A stretch of DNA of 64,000 nt from positions 48,980,001 to 49,044,000 of the forward strand of contig OX597825.1 in the NCBI GenBank assembly GCA_951406725.2. Reading direction: 5' to 3'. This document shows positions 13,588-24,875 of the stretch, piece after piece. The position numbers were made by a program, and so were the translations under genes. Within the stretch, counting starts at the first letter, position 1. Every line of letters starts with the position of its first letter. The notes under the pieces were generated by a model. That model had not been told where the DNA came from and did not search any database. It saw only the letters and a list, made by a program, of their open reading frames with translations. Origin of the DNA: Octopus vulgaris. Taxonomy: Eukaryota.

Positions 13588-14136
13588 GATGCAGTACCAG
13601 GCAGTGGCTCTCATGGCTTCTGATCTTAACTGATTGGAAGTGTTATCATGTACATTGTTTTGTCTTGGTATAAAAGATGGGCTACAGCAAATATTCTGCT
13701 CAATACCACAGATTTGCTTGTCAGTTGTTTGACCTTAACCAGTTGAGCATGTCCCTTAGTGGCTGACGATATGTGCATCTCTGATCACGAGCAGAAGTAG
13801 TGGGGGAGCATCATAGCCATGTGTTGAGAGGGATTCTTTGGGGTTTGAATAGTTCACCTCTGGAAACATGGGTGGTTCTTTCAACATCCTTAAACAACTC
13901 TTATTCAGGGACCGTTTGAGCGGGATGGGCTACTCAACCTGAAGAAAATTCTAACTGGGCCCCACCTGCAAGGTCATGTGCTGTTTATCTTGATATGAGA
14001 TCACCATGTCGCGCACATATGGTTGTGATGCATGTGCCTGGTGTACCTTTATCAGACGGGTAGTCATGATGGGTATATTGGGTTTCGTATATTTTACCCC
14101 AGTGTCACTTTGATGGCATGAACTGCTCTCTCACTC
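13586..14136 (+). mobile_element. ~550-bp non-coding interspersed repeat embedded in (AAT)n; probable non-autonomous retroposon
   Basis: Second diverged copy at 37682-38187; both end ...CTGCTCTCTCACTC directly before (AAT)n; no tRNA-like head, no convincing ORF. Orientation inferred from the shared end and tail. Confidence 0.75.
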
Positions 14137-14150
14137 AATAATAATAATAA

Positions 14151-14884
14151 GTGGATGACTAAAAGTGATTTAAAACCGGAAACGGAGGTTCTAATCTGTG
14201 CTGCCCAAGAGCAAGCACTAAGAACGAATTACATCAAATACAGAATAGACAACACATCAGAAAGTGATAAGTGTATCATCTGTAGACAAATTATGAAACC
14301 ATATGCCATATTACCAGTCAATGTACACCACTAACTCAGAAAGAATATAAGAGACGTCATAACAATATTGCAAGGATTGTCCATTGGGCACTTTGCAACA
14401 ATTATGGACTTGACAGAGCAAAAAAGTGGAATCATCGAAAACGATAATGCAAAGATCCTATGTGATTTTATGATTCAGTGTGACCATGAGATAGAGAATA
14501 GGAAACCACACAGAGTGTTAACTGAGAAAGAAAGAAAATGATGCTGGATCATAGATATAGCATGCCCAGCTGACAACAAAGTATGCGATAAAGAAGAAAG
14601 AAAAGTCGACAGATATAACAGGCTAACTCCGGAGGTTAAGCAGTTGTGGTCGTTGAAAAAGGTGGTAGTAGTACCAATAATTGTCGCAGCCTAGGGAGCA
14701 GTGAGTAAGAAATTTGAGAAGTACATGGCTGCAATAAGGCTGGCGCCCTTTCAGAAAACAGCACTGCATGGAACCGCTCGAATACCCCGGAAGGTGCTCG
14801 AAAAATAAGATGTGTTACCTTTTTCACTGTTAGTGAACAGCTGACACCGTAGTACATCTCCAGTGCTAGAAGCTGTGCAAAGGC
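14151..14884 (+). mobile_element. 5'-truncated R4/Dong-clade non-LTR retrotransposon (zinc knuckle plus restriction-like endonuclease)
   Basis: LKPETEVLICAAQEQALRTNY, CIIC...HITSQC, YKRRHNNIARIVHW, IIDIACPAD, VVVPIIVAALG; flanked by (AAT)n on both sides. Confidence 0.9.
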
Positions 14885-14888
14885 AATG

Positions 14889-14967
<79 letters not shown>

Positions 14968-14981
14968 TGATGATGATGATG

Positions 14982-15048
<67 letters not shown>
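14885..15048. repeat. (AAT)n microsatellite with (GAT)n interruption; tail or target of the R4/Dong copy
   Basis: Direct trinucleotide run. Confidence 0.97.
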
Positions 15049-15049
<1 letters not shown>

Positions 15050-15055
15050 CTTTTT

Positions 15056-15430
15056 ATAAGCTTAAAGCTTATAAGTGATCACCGTGTATTGACTATACAA
15101 AATAGTTAAATATTGGGGCGTATAAGCCCTCGATTGGAAAAATGTGGGTTTAGTGGGTTTCCTGTACATGTGGGAATCGAGTCAACACCTCTGTGTCTTC
15201 ACGAACTCAGATTTCTGTGTTCTTGCGACGAGGAATTTTAGTTCTTAAATCTGAGGGAAAGAGACAAGGTTCGTATAATGATAGCACATTTGTTGCGAAA
15301 ACACAGAGGTGTGATTTCAGGTCCATGCCCATGGAAAATCAACATTTTCCTGTCGAAGGTTTATATGTTCCAAATTTAGACTATTTCGTTTAGTCAAGAC
15401 ATTGTGACCGCTAATAAGCTTTAAGCTTAT
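15056..15430. repeat. Old imperfect fold-back (inverted repeat), ~375 bp
   Basis: ATAAGCTTAAAGCTTAT at the left end versus ATAAGCTTTAAGCTTAT at the right; inner ACACCTCTGTGT / ACACAGAGGTGT; colinear complementarity between them. Confidence 0.8.
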
Positions 15431-15506
15431 TCAAATATCAATAATATTAATTACAGAGTTGTAAAATACACAGCACCGCTTATCAAATCTATCATCGCAG
15501 AAAAAA

Positions 15507-15560
<54 letters not shown>

Positions 15561-15693
15561 CCGTGACCGACCAGGCTATCAGATGTTGCTACACATCGCT
15601 GATCACAGTGCGCTTTGCATTGTTTTAGCGTTCAAATGACGCCACCCCGCTGGCTAAGCGAGCAGGCCAACAGAAGACAGAGTGAGAGAAATT
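15561..15693 (-). mobile_element. SINE family 2, 3' portion
   Basis: Matches 54110-54245 (GTGACCGA.CAGGCTAT.AGATGTTGCTACA...CCACCCCGCTGGCTAA). Confidence 0.8.
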
Positions 15694-15700
15694 TGCGTCG

Positions 15701-15832
15701 AAAGAAATAAGTGAAATACTTACTTATACCCATGGAAGAAGTGAACACTAAGTCATGAGCACAATTATGTGTGCTCATGACTTAGTGATCACTTATTCCA
15801 TGGGTATAAGTAAGTATTTCACTTATTTCTTT
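15701..15832. repeat. Near-perfect DNA hairpin (~63-bp arms) next to a hammerhead motif
   Basis: AAAGAAATAAGTGAAATACTTACTTATACCCATGGAA...CTAAGTCATGAGCACA / TGTGCTCATGACTTAG...TTCCATGGGTATAAGTAAGTATTTCACTTATTTCTTT. Confidence 0.95.
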
Positions 15833-15840
15833 GCCGCATT

Positions 15841-15894
15841 TATCACTGATGAAGGGAAGGTTCTTATGAACTAACTCTGAAATCGGGTCTGATA
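15841..15894 (+). ncRNA. Type I hammerhead ribozyme motif (PLE pseudo-LTR type)
   Basis: Stem I TATCA/TGATA; CTGATGA; stem II AGGG-aa-GGTTC-ttat-GAACT-aa-CTCT; GAAA; minimal stem III; GTC cleavage triplet at 15887-15889. Confidence 0.8.
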
Positions 15895-16041
15895 TGGTAA
15901 TAACGGGATTTTTTAGAAATTTATGTCGGCTTTCTTCGAAACACGGGCTTGTAGTGATAAATTACATGGTTATTGAGGTTGTGTCTATTTTCGGCATATT
16001 TTAGCATTAGAGTTTTTTCTTTTGCGCTTACTTATAAATTG

Positions 16042-16121
<80 letters not shown>

Positions 16122-16209
16122 TATTATTATTATTATTATTTGAGGGCAGATTATTCATAACTTACAGGGAAAAATTCAATTTAGAAATACTAAATCAAAT
16201 TTCACAATA

Positions 16210-16256
<47 letters not shown>

Positions 16257-16539
16257 TAATAAAAAACACCTTCTATCAATTCAAAATGAAGAATTAAATT
16301 ACACCATCTAGAAAATTACATATAATAGAAATTTTAAAATTAAAATAACAATAATATACCGATGATTAAGTAAATTGCAAAATAATAATAAAAACGTATA
16401 TATTTGTTTGGATTTTGTATTATATTGGGATTAATATTTAGCTGTTTTGTTAATATTGTTATTGAATTACTAATAGGGGTCTGCTAGTTGTAGTTGGGTG
16501 ACTTCATGGTAGTTTCTCCATAAGTTTATTTAGTGCATT

Positions 16540-17090
16540 TCCTGACAGTGTTCGAATGTGGGTCTGGAGACTGTGATAAAAAATTTGATGTGAAAAGATT
16601 GCAGCCAACCAAGAAACGCGGCAGATATTCTGTAATTGTCTGGGGAACAATTTGGAGCAATGGTTGATAAGAGCTGGTGGAGTGTGAGGGAAACACAAAC
16701 TCAGATAAATATGAGTCGATATTGCAGAAAGGATGCCTTCCAATCTTCTCCAGAGGTGAAAGGATAAAAGAAGACTCTTTATTTAAGGTAGATTGGGCTC
16801 CTTACCACACGGTTAAAATGATCCAAGGTTTGTTGGATGAGAATGGCATTAAAAAGTTTCCATGGCCAAGCCAGTCTCCAGATATGAAACCCAATGAACA
16901 TCACAGGGACATAATGGACAGGACATTTCATAAAAAGAAAGTATATTCAAACCCAGATCTTTTTTGTTTTGACATTAATGTATGAAACGTGGCAAGAAAT
17001 TCCGCAAGAGAATATTCGTCATCTGGTCAGCAATATGTCTAACAGAGTCCTTGCATTGAGAAATACAAAGAGAATGTCTACTAGATATAA
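16540..17090 (+). mobile_element. Tc1-family (DD34E) transposase 3' fragment
   Basis: NSDKYESIL...FKVDWAPYHT...WPSQSPDMKPNEH with 34 residues between D and E; no TIR recognised. Confidence 0.8.
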
Positions 17091-17249
17091 AATAATCATA
17101 TCAATAAATAATTTGAATGATAATTTCAGATTTAAATAAATTTTAATGATTATATGGATGTCTATTTATTTCTGTCATATTTGTGTAGATACGTACACAT
17201 GCATACATGGAAATACCTACATATTAACATACACACACCCAGGAGCGCA

Positions 17250-17282
<33 letters not shown>

Positions 17283-17309
17283 CTATGTATGTATGTATGT
17301 ATAATCACA

Positions 17310-17775
17310 ACAGAAGAAAACTTCATGGGAAAAGTCTCTTTCCATCCATTACAACCTTCTATGAATACTCGCCCGTCTTATCAAGAGTTCCAGAAGGCAA
17401 TGAAACGTATGAAAACAAGAAAAGCTCCGGAAACTGACAGATTCCCATTTGGCTTACTGCAACATAAAGTACTGGTGCTGCAAAACAAACTCTTCGCCCT
17501 GTTTCTGAAGATGTTGAAGGCACATGAAATCTGAAAGAGGTATATTCAAAAAAGAAAATAGAAAATTCTGTGGAATCTATCCTGGAATATCGTTACTTGC
17601 TGTTGTAAGATATTTGCTTGAATACCCAAGAATCGTTTCCAGTCCATCTCGTAAGGAGTCCCTCAAAAATCCCAATATGGTTTCTGAGCATCCCGTTGAA
17701 CCATCGACATGATCTTCTGAGCCAGTGTATTCCTTTCTTTTCTATGCTCTTGAACAGGCTTTTGACGGTGTACTA
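17310..17775 (+). mobile_element. RTE-type LINE reverse transcriptase fragment
   Basis: PSYQEFQKAMKRMKTRKAPETD, IFKKENRKFCGIYPGISLL, QYGF...TIDMIF, AFDGV. Confidence 0.75.
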
Positions 17776-17789
17776 ATCCGGTGTACTGT

Positions 17790-17975
17790 CTTTTACTTCT
17801 TTCAGTTATTAGACTGCAGCAATTCTGGGATACTGTGCTGAAGAATTTTTAGTCGAATTCATCGGCCCGAGTCTATCGTAGAAGGCACTGGCCCAAGTTA
17901 CCACCCATTGAAAATGAACCTGAAGCCATGTTACTGAGAAGCAAACTTCTTACGACACATCTACAGCTGCGCATA
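17790..17975 (-). mobile_element. SINE family 1, internally deleted degenerate copy
   Basis: TTTTACTTCTTTCAGTTATTAGACTGC tail and CACTGGCCCAAG...GAACC...GCAAACTTCTTAC head match the reverse complement of 26803-27221. Confidence 0.6.
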
Positions 17976-18529
17976 TATTTAAATCAATTACGATAAAATA
18001 TTGCGAAATAAAGAACATGCAAAAATATATTGATCTTGCAGTTATAATATATTACATACTAAAGAATGATATCTGAGTTAAGTATTGTATAAATTATTAT
18101 TGAATATTTTTCTATCATTTATGGCACAGACAACAGTAGTATTCATATGTAATAAAAATGCAAATCATCCAGTCTTTCTTAAATGTACATGCATGTGTGC
18201 CTGTGTGTGTGTGTGTGTTTGTGCATGAGTTTAGAGGAACATATTATCCGGGCGGGCACCGTGGCAGCTCTCAATTATGCTTTAAATTACGGCTAACCGT
18301 ATCAATTAGTATTTATCATCTATGACTAACAGGAGTTTCCACTAACCTTGTAAATTCCTCCGATGTGTAATTCTGTGTTTGCTTCACTTGGTGGTAATAT
18401 CTGGAACGTATATTTGCGATAATTATAACGATAGCGAATATGGAGTCCAGTACATTCTCAGAATCTTCTGTGCTGCTTCGTTAAATGGTCTTTCAACCAA
18501 CTTGGATCGAAGCGAACGGAAAAAGAGGT

Positions 18530-19190
18530 TGTAGAGCGAATGCTAAGTGCTAAAAGTCTGTCTCTCTAAACTTCCATGTCAATTGTCAGGAACTAACTGA
18601 TCGCGTTCTTGGAATATAATTATTTGCTCTCGGACACCCAGCATGGCTTCCGTTCAGGAAACAGTTGCTTTTATACAGCAACTGCAGTATTATAAATGGG
18701 TCAAACGTGGATGTGATATATCTTGATTTTGCAAAGGCTTTCGATAAAGTTGATCATGGGATGAAATGTCACATGTTATAGCGAATTAGTCGGAAAACTG
18801 GGATAGTGGTTACATGACTTCTTAAAAGACAGGAGCTAGACTGTGGAAGCCACAGACGAGACAGTAATAGAGTTTATGGTGGTTCTGTAGGACATGCCGT
18901 CAGTTACACAGACAACCACACTTACTAGCTATGCCAACGACACAAATATAATATAGGTAGTCAAAGAACCTTCCGGTGCTAATCTTCCACACATGTAATT
19001 TCATGCAAGAACATTTCGAGGTTTCTTTCAGCTGGTTTGTGCTAACATGCTGCAACAAAGATACTTTAAACCAAAAGAAGCAGCAACTCGTGAGTCAAGT
19101 ACATTAAGTGATCTGGGGATTGAAATGAGCAACAACGCTTGGTTTCACGTGTATAAAACCAAGATATGGACGAAGCTCAAAACAGGGCAG
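18530..19190 (+). mobile_element. Decayed APE-type LINE RT fragment (CR1/L2/Jockey-like)
   Basis: TQHGFRSGNSC, VDVIYLDFAKAFDKVDHG, WLHDFLKDR, SYANDT. Confidence 0.85.
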
Positions 19191-19224
19191 CAGTGTTGAA
19201 CTCCCCCTTCATGAGGCACTCCCC

Positions 19225-19267
<43 letters not shown>

Positions 19268-19352
19268 TATATATGCGGGGCGCGGTGAATAAACTGGCAT
19301 CTAAATTACACAAAAGTTAAAATGACATTAACATCTCATTTTAGCAGATATA

Positions 19353-21598
19353 TCAGGTCATCCCGTAAGTTCTGTCCGTAAGTTCTGCAGTTGTTGTGTA
19401 AAGCAACTTCTTTCTGAACGGAAGCCATGCTGGGTATCCGAGAGGAAGGCATTATATTCAAATAACGCGGTCAGTTAATTCCTGACAATGTATTTCATGA
19501 CTTTACTGACATGGAAGTTTAGAGAGACAGGTTTATAACTCTTAGCATTCGCTCTACTACCTCCTTTATGGATAGGATATATTATGTCGTACTTTAACTT
19601 CCGGTTGCGAGGAAGCTTTTGGAAGAGTATTTGTAGTGGTCTTTCAAGAGTCCCTTCGCTTTTCTTCAGGAGGATTTCTGGGAATCCATCAGAGCCAGTG
19701 GCTGAGTTTAAGGTCATTTTCATCAACAGCTGATATTACATCAGATTATTGCGTTTCGATGTTATCGATAATTGCCATCACTTTGTTTAGAGCTGTTGTC
19801 CCACAGAATTCATCGGACATGGCTATTTGCAAGTGTCCCATCGGACACATTTAGCGTTTCACTTAACATCTGAAGTAAACTCTTTTTCAAATCTATCTAT
19901 AGAGGGCTTTATGGTTTAGTTTTAGAATGTTTACAACCCCGGCTACCCTCTCTGTTCTTTCCTTCTCATGACAGTGTTGAGTTCACTTTCAATCTTAAGT
20001 AGCGTTTACTTGAGATATTATTAATTACTATCCTTTAGTGACCACTTGTCGTCTCATTAGAACCTTTCTTGTCGTCTCATTAGAAACTTTCTATCGAGAG
20101 GAACTATGATTTTCTGTCGGTTTGATATTCTCTCTGGAGCAAACTTGCTGCTTATGTTATGCACGATTGTTATAATGTCTTATAGCTTTATGTCAATATC
20201 TTACGTAGACCAACTTAGTTTCATGACCTCTTTTTTTATACCCGTCCAATCTTTATGAAAGTTCAGACTGAAAAGAGTTGAGTGCTTCTAGTAGCCTGCA
20301 TATCTGTTCTCTGTGAACCGTACATGTTAGCTCTATTAAATTATGGTCTGAGATAATCGCCGGTGTCTCCTTAATATTATGGATGAGCGACGCATTATAT
20401 GTGAAGCAAATGTTCAGGACATTTCCACCCCTTGTTGGTGGAACACTATTTCTTCCATAAAGGCCATAAGTGTGATGTCGAGCGCAGACTCTACTTGCTT
20501 CTGTTTATGCAATGGCATGCCTGATACAAGGCGGCTCTCAGGCCATTCAACATTATGGAAGTTGAAGTTTCCTTGAAGAAATATGTGAAGGCTGACAACT
20601 AGATTGTTTTATACTTCTTCCATCTTTTTGAGGCTCATTTCGAATGAGTCCCCATAATTTGGTACATGTATATTGCCATTGCCATAGCGCATTGTCCTGA
20701 TGAAACATCACTCCTTTTCGATTCTTTATTTCTTCAAAGCTTGGTTCAAACGCTCTAATTGCTGACAGTAGACTTGAACATTGATTGTGGCATTAGGTGG
20801 TAACAATTCAAAGTAAATTACTCCTTTGCAATCCCACCAGATGGAGAGAAGAAACTTTTTCCCATAAAGTCTCATTCTCGGTTGTGGTTGAGCTCTTCCC
20901 CCTTTACCAAACCACTGTTTCCAACATTTAACATTTCGATAGGACATCCATTTTTCATCACCAGTCACAAGTCTATCCAAAAAGGGTGAAATGAGTTTGC
21001 GAAAATGGAGAGAAGAGCAGATGTCAACTCAGGATTTGCGGTTGCTTTCGGACACTTCATGAGGCACCCATTTTCCGTGTTTAGGAACCTTTCCAAGTTG
21101 TTGAAGATGACGATGAACAGTTGTATGGTTTGAAGTAAGCTTTATTTCCAGTTCTTCAACTGGTAATGCAGGATTTTCTTCAAGTAATGCCTCAAGGAGC
21201 TTATCATCAAACTCAACTGGACGTCCTGTTCGATCTTCATCTGCAAGACTGAAATCTCCACTTCTGAATTTTGCAAACCATTTTCTGTAAGTTCTTTTAT
21301 TCAAACATTCGTTCCCATAAACTGAGTGTATGCTTCGAGTCGCTTCGGTTGCAGTGTTTCATTTTTGTACTCATAAAGTATTATGTGCCTCAAATGTTTT
21401 TTGGGATACTTCCATGATAGAAAAGGCTTTAATGAAGGAAATTTTAATTCTAATATTGTGTAAAATAATATTTAATTAGTTCAAATGTACACAAATGCAT
21501 AGAAATAATTTTAAATTCCATTAGACATTATAAAATACTATTAAATTTCCTTCAATTTTAAAATGGTCAAATTGGACTGAACTTAGGAAATGACCTGA
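19353..21598 (-). mobile_element. Mariner element bounded by TIRs; 3' half of transposase replaced by a LINE segment
   Basis: TA|TCAGGTCATCCCGTAAGTTCTGTCC versus GGACTGAACTTAGGAAATGACCTGA|TA; transposase ~21415 to ~20685 with KWFAKFRSGDF, WVPHEV, LVTGDEKW and FHQDNA, after which homology stops. Confidence 0.88.
19386..20682 (-). mobile_element. LINE fragment (APE endonuclease end plus RT start), same family as 18530-19190
   Basis: GNFNFHNVEW and SDHNLIE (APE); SATGSDGFPEILLK and PIHKGGSRANAKSYKPVSL (RT); 19386-19555 is homologous to the reverse complement of ~18530-18690. Confidence 0.85.
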
Positions 21599-21657
21599 TA
21601 TATTTATATAAATATGTGTTTATATCTCAAAATAAGCAACAAGGATATCCAAAGGTA

Positions 21658-21746
21658 ATGCAGTACGGTCGTTTCATGCAACTCAATTTAATTGAACAAT
21701 GCAATCATTACATCAATTTAAAATGCAGAGCTATCTTCAGCTGCAC
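21658..21746 (-). ncRNA. Degenerate type I hammerhead ribozyme motif
   Basis: Minus strand: GTGCAG-CTGAAGA-TAGCTC...GAGTTGCAT-GAAAC-GACC-GTA-CTGCAT; stem I pairs well, base of stem II imperfect. Confidence 0.55.
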
Positions 21747-22089
21747 AAAAACATAGAATTTAATTCAACTAGAACAGATGGACACATTCTGGATAATTGC
21801 TTTTTCCTACCTCAATTGAGATAAAAGTTTGGTATATACTCAAAAGTATTCATGAAATTTATGAATACATAGTCTTCTGATTATATGCTATTTAGGTAAT
21901 ATTAGATTACTATAAATGTTGGTAAGCGCAATGTCTTAATTTTTCGGATGGCTTGTATGTAATTGTATAACTGTATTTCTGTATTTGTTTTTTCTGTATT
22001 GTGTGAAGACATCCTGATGGGGGAAGTGACAGTTTTAAAAATATGAAATATACCATATTACTTGGCACGTCTCTATAAGTGTGTGTGTG

Positions 22090-22143
<54 letters not shown>

Positions 22144-22261
22144 TAAATAATGAGGGAGAAAAAGTGAATATTAATTTAATTAATATCAATTTAAAACCAG
22201 TAGCCTAGCATACAAAAATCTGAAAAATCAGAGAAAATTCTAATACATGTGTATATATAAA

Positions 22262-22903
22262 GGCTAAAAAACCACAAACTGGTCAGCCGTATGCTAGAAG
22301 TAGATCCCCTACGATCAAACTACAAAGAAAAGAATGTTCTCTAGGGAAAAATTCAGCGGACACCAGAACAATATACGGGCAAGACAGATGAAAATTATAT
22401 AAAAAACAAGAATTACTTGCAGGACGACGGTTTCGCCTATTAACGAATGAATCACTTACGTAATCTCTGGTCCGTAGGCTCGTCAGTACGATCGTTCCAA
22501 AGATAATATAATTTGTAAATCATTTACTGCAGATTTTGCTTCCGGAATTTTAGCGCGCCAGAACTCAGATATTTGAAATTAACCACAATGTAATCGGTGA
22601 AACTAAGCACATGTCTGTTTTTATACGGAAAACTGGTGGTTAGTTTTACAAATTATATTACCTGTAGAACGATCGTACTGACGAGCTTACGGACGAGGGA
22701 TTTTGTAAGTGATTCATTCATTAACAGAAGAAACCACCAGTCTGGGAGTAATTCTTGTTTTTTATATAATTTTTTTCTGTCTTGCCCACATATTGTTCTG
22801 GTGTCCGCTGAATTTTTCTCTTGAGAACATTCTTTTCTTTGTAGTTTGATCATAGGTGATCTACTTCTAGCATACGGCTGACCACTTAGTAGTTTCTTAG
22901 CTC
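22262..22903. mobile_element. Fold-back element (arms ~22262-22519 and ~22645-22903); probable inverted pair of PLE pseudo-LTRs
   Basis: TGGTCAGCCGTATGCTAGAAGTAGATC / GATCTACTTCTAGCATACGGCTGACCA with colinear arms; each arm holds a hammerhead-like motif; microsatellite flanks. Confidence 0.85.
22418..22490 (-). ncRNA. Hammerhead ribozyme motif in the left arm (more degenerate mirror at 22674-22746, + strand)
   Basis: CGTA-CTGACGA-GCCTA...TAGGC-GAAAC-CGTC-GTC-cTGC; stem II perfect 5 bp, stem I off by one nucleotide. Confidence 0.65.
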
Positions 22904-22908
22904 TTTAA

Positions 22909-22976
<68 letters not shown>

Positions 22977-22977
22977 A

Positions 22978-23009
<32 letters not shown>

Positions 23010-23011
23010 GG

Positions 23012-23429
23012 GGTAAAATATGAAAAATCAACGAAAATGCATATTGCAGATAGAAAAAGGCTATTTATGACAGGTAGTGACAAATATATACATTTAGATT
23101 GACTGAGGTAGTAATACGAGTCATAAAGGTCATTATTATGAGATGATTATAAGATGATAATAATAATAAAGTAAGAGAAGAAAACGAACCAACTGGTTTA
23201 CGCGAAGGCTATTTATCGTTTTTGATGAATAGCCTTCGCGTAAACCAATCGGTTTGTTTTGTTCTCTTAATTTATTATTATTATCATCTTATAATCATCT
23301 CATGATAATGACCTTTATGACTCGTATTACTACCTCAGTCAATCTAAATGTATATATTTGTCACTACCTGTCATAAATAGCCTTTTTCTATCTGCAATAT
23401 GCATTTTCGTCGATTTTTCATATTTTACC
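23012..23429. repeat. Near-perfect 418-bp palindrome with a 6-nt loop at 23218-23223
   Basis: Arms of ~206 bp are reverse complements with only scattered mismatches; lies between (TA)n runs. Confidence 0.97.
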
Positions 23430-23475
23430 TAACATTTCCACGTGTATTTTATATTTTCTTTTCGTAACATATTTC

Positions 23476-23554
<79 letters not shown>

Positions 23555-23615
23555 CACACATACATACATACATACATACATACATACATACATACATACA
23601 TACATACATACATAC

Positions 23616-23659
<44 letters not shown>

Positions 23660-23777
23660 TGTTATATTTCGGAATGGTCACATTGCCAGTTTAGTCAATA
23701 GAAACACACACACTATATATTTGGTGTTATTTTGCTTCAGTGTTATTTAATTTTTACATTAATCTTAATCTTATTTC

Positions 23778-23822
23778 GGCCAGAGTTCTTTCGTCACACT
23801 CCTGTGACCGCATCAGTGGTCC
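23778..23822 (-). ncRNA. Minimal hammerhead ribozyme motif in the inverted pseudo-LTR
   Basis: GGACCA-CTGATGC-G-GTCAC-AGGAGT-GTGAC-GAAA-GAAC-TC-TGGCC; core variant at position 9; absent from the right arm. Confidence 0.65.
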
Positions 23823-24020
23823 TTTGTTTTCTTCTCTTCTTTCTTATTTGTGTCTCTCCTTACTAACCGTCAGCCATTTTGTATTTCTATTGTATCTCTA
23901 TGTGCGTCTACGTTTATTTAGTGTGTGTGTGGGGGATGCCTGTAATATTTGTATTTTCTGTTTATATATGTTCATGTAATATGTATTTTGTTTTTGTTGT
24001 TTTTGTTTATTCTTATTTTG

Positions 24021-24875
24021 ATGGCAGACCTCGTCAGAATAATGAGAAATGTGTCACGCATGTGCGAGCCCACAGAGTTAAAGAGACACATACAATATTT
24101 CATTCACCGCATGCAGTTCTCAGGTTACAGCCATAAAGAAAGGATCAGAGTATACAAAGGAGCATGAAGAAATTTGATAATATATTATGTAATGATAGGA
24201 ATGGGATTTGCCCACTCTATAGGAACAAGTCATGGAACACTATAGAAAGGAGAAAAAAGAAAATAGGGAAGGCCAACTCTTGGTATGATAGCCATAAATA
24301 CCAGAGTGTCATGTTCGTTGACACAACCCCTGGAGGTGAACTGGCGTACCGCTTTAGAAGGACCCTAGACAAACTTAAGCTAAGAATTAAGGTTGTTGAA
24401 AAGCCAGGCAACCCTATCAAATCTATAATTGGTAGAACCTATCCTTTTAGTAGAACCCTCTGTACGGATAAGTACTGTATGTAGATTTAGCCCACAAACA
24501 AACTGTAAAGCCAGAAATGTAGTCTATAGTATAAGATGTATAGAGGGACGACGCAGTAACAAGACAACGACATACGTAGGGGAAACGGCAAGAAGCATAG
24601 GAGAGCGGGTAAATGTACATTGGAGACAACTCAAGGAAGGTAAAAGCTCATCGATTCTGTACCAACACGCCGAACAGGAACACGGGGGATCAATCAATAA
24701 CATAGAAATTAAAATATTGTCCACACATAGAACAGATGCAACAATTAGACAAATTACAGAAGCTACACACATAATAGAAAATAAACCTAGCCTGAATAGA
24801 AAACTAGAATGGAGCACTAGCGCACACCAAGACGATAGAGGATCCCGAAAAAATAATAAATACACAGATAAATAA
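24021..24875 (+). pseudogene. PLE ORF 3' part (RT thumb/linker plus GIY-YIG endonuclease), two frameshifts
   Basis: RMQFSGYS, PLYRNKSW, NVVYSIRC...YVGETARSIGERVNVH, ILYQHAEQEH, RQITEATHI...PSLNRKLEW. Confidence 0.9.

Noticed and set aside
20697-20706. CTGATGAAAC resembling a hammerhead core
   Set aside because: It is the reverse complement of the mariner FHQ codons; no stems.
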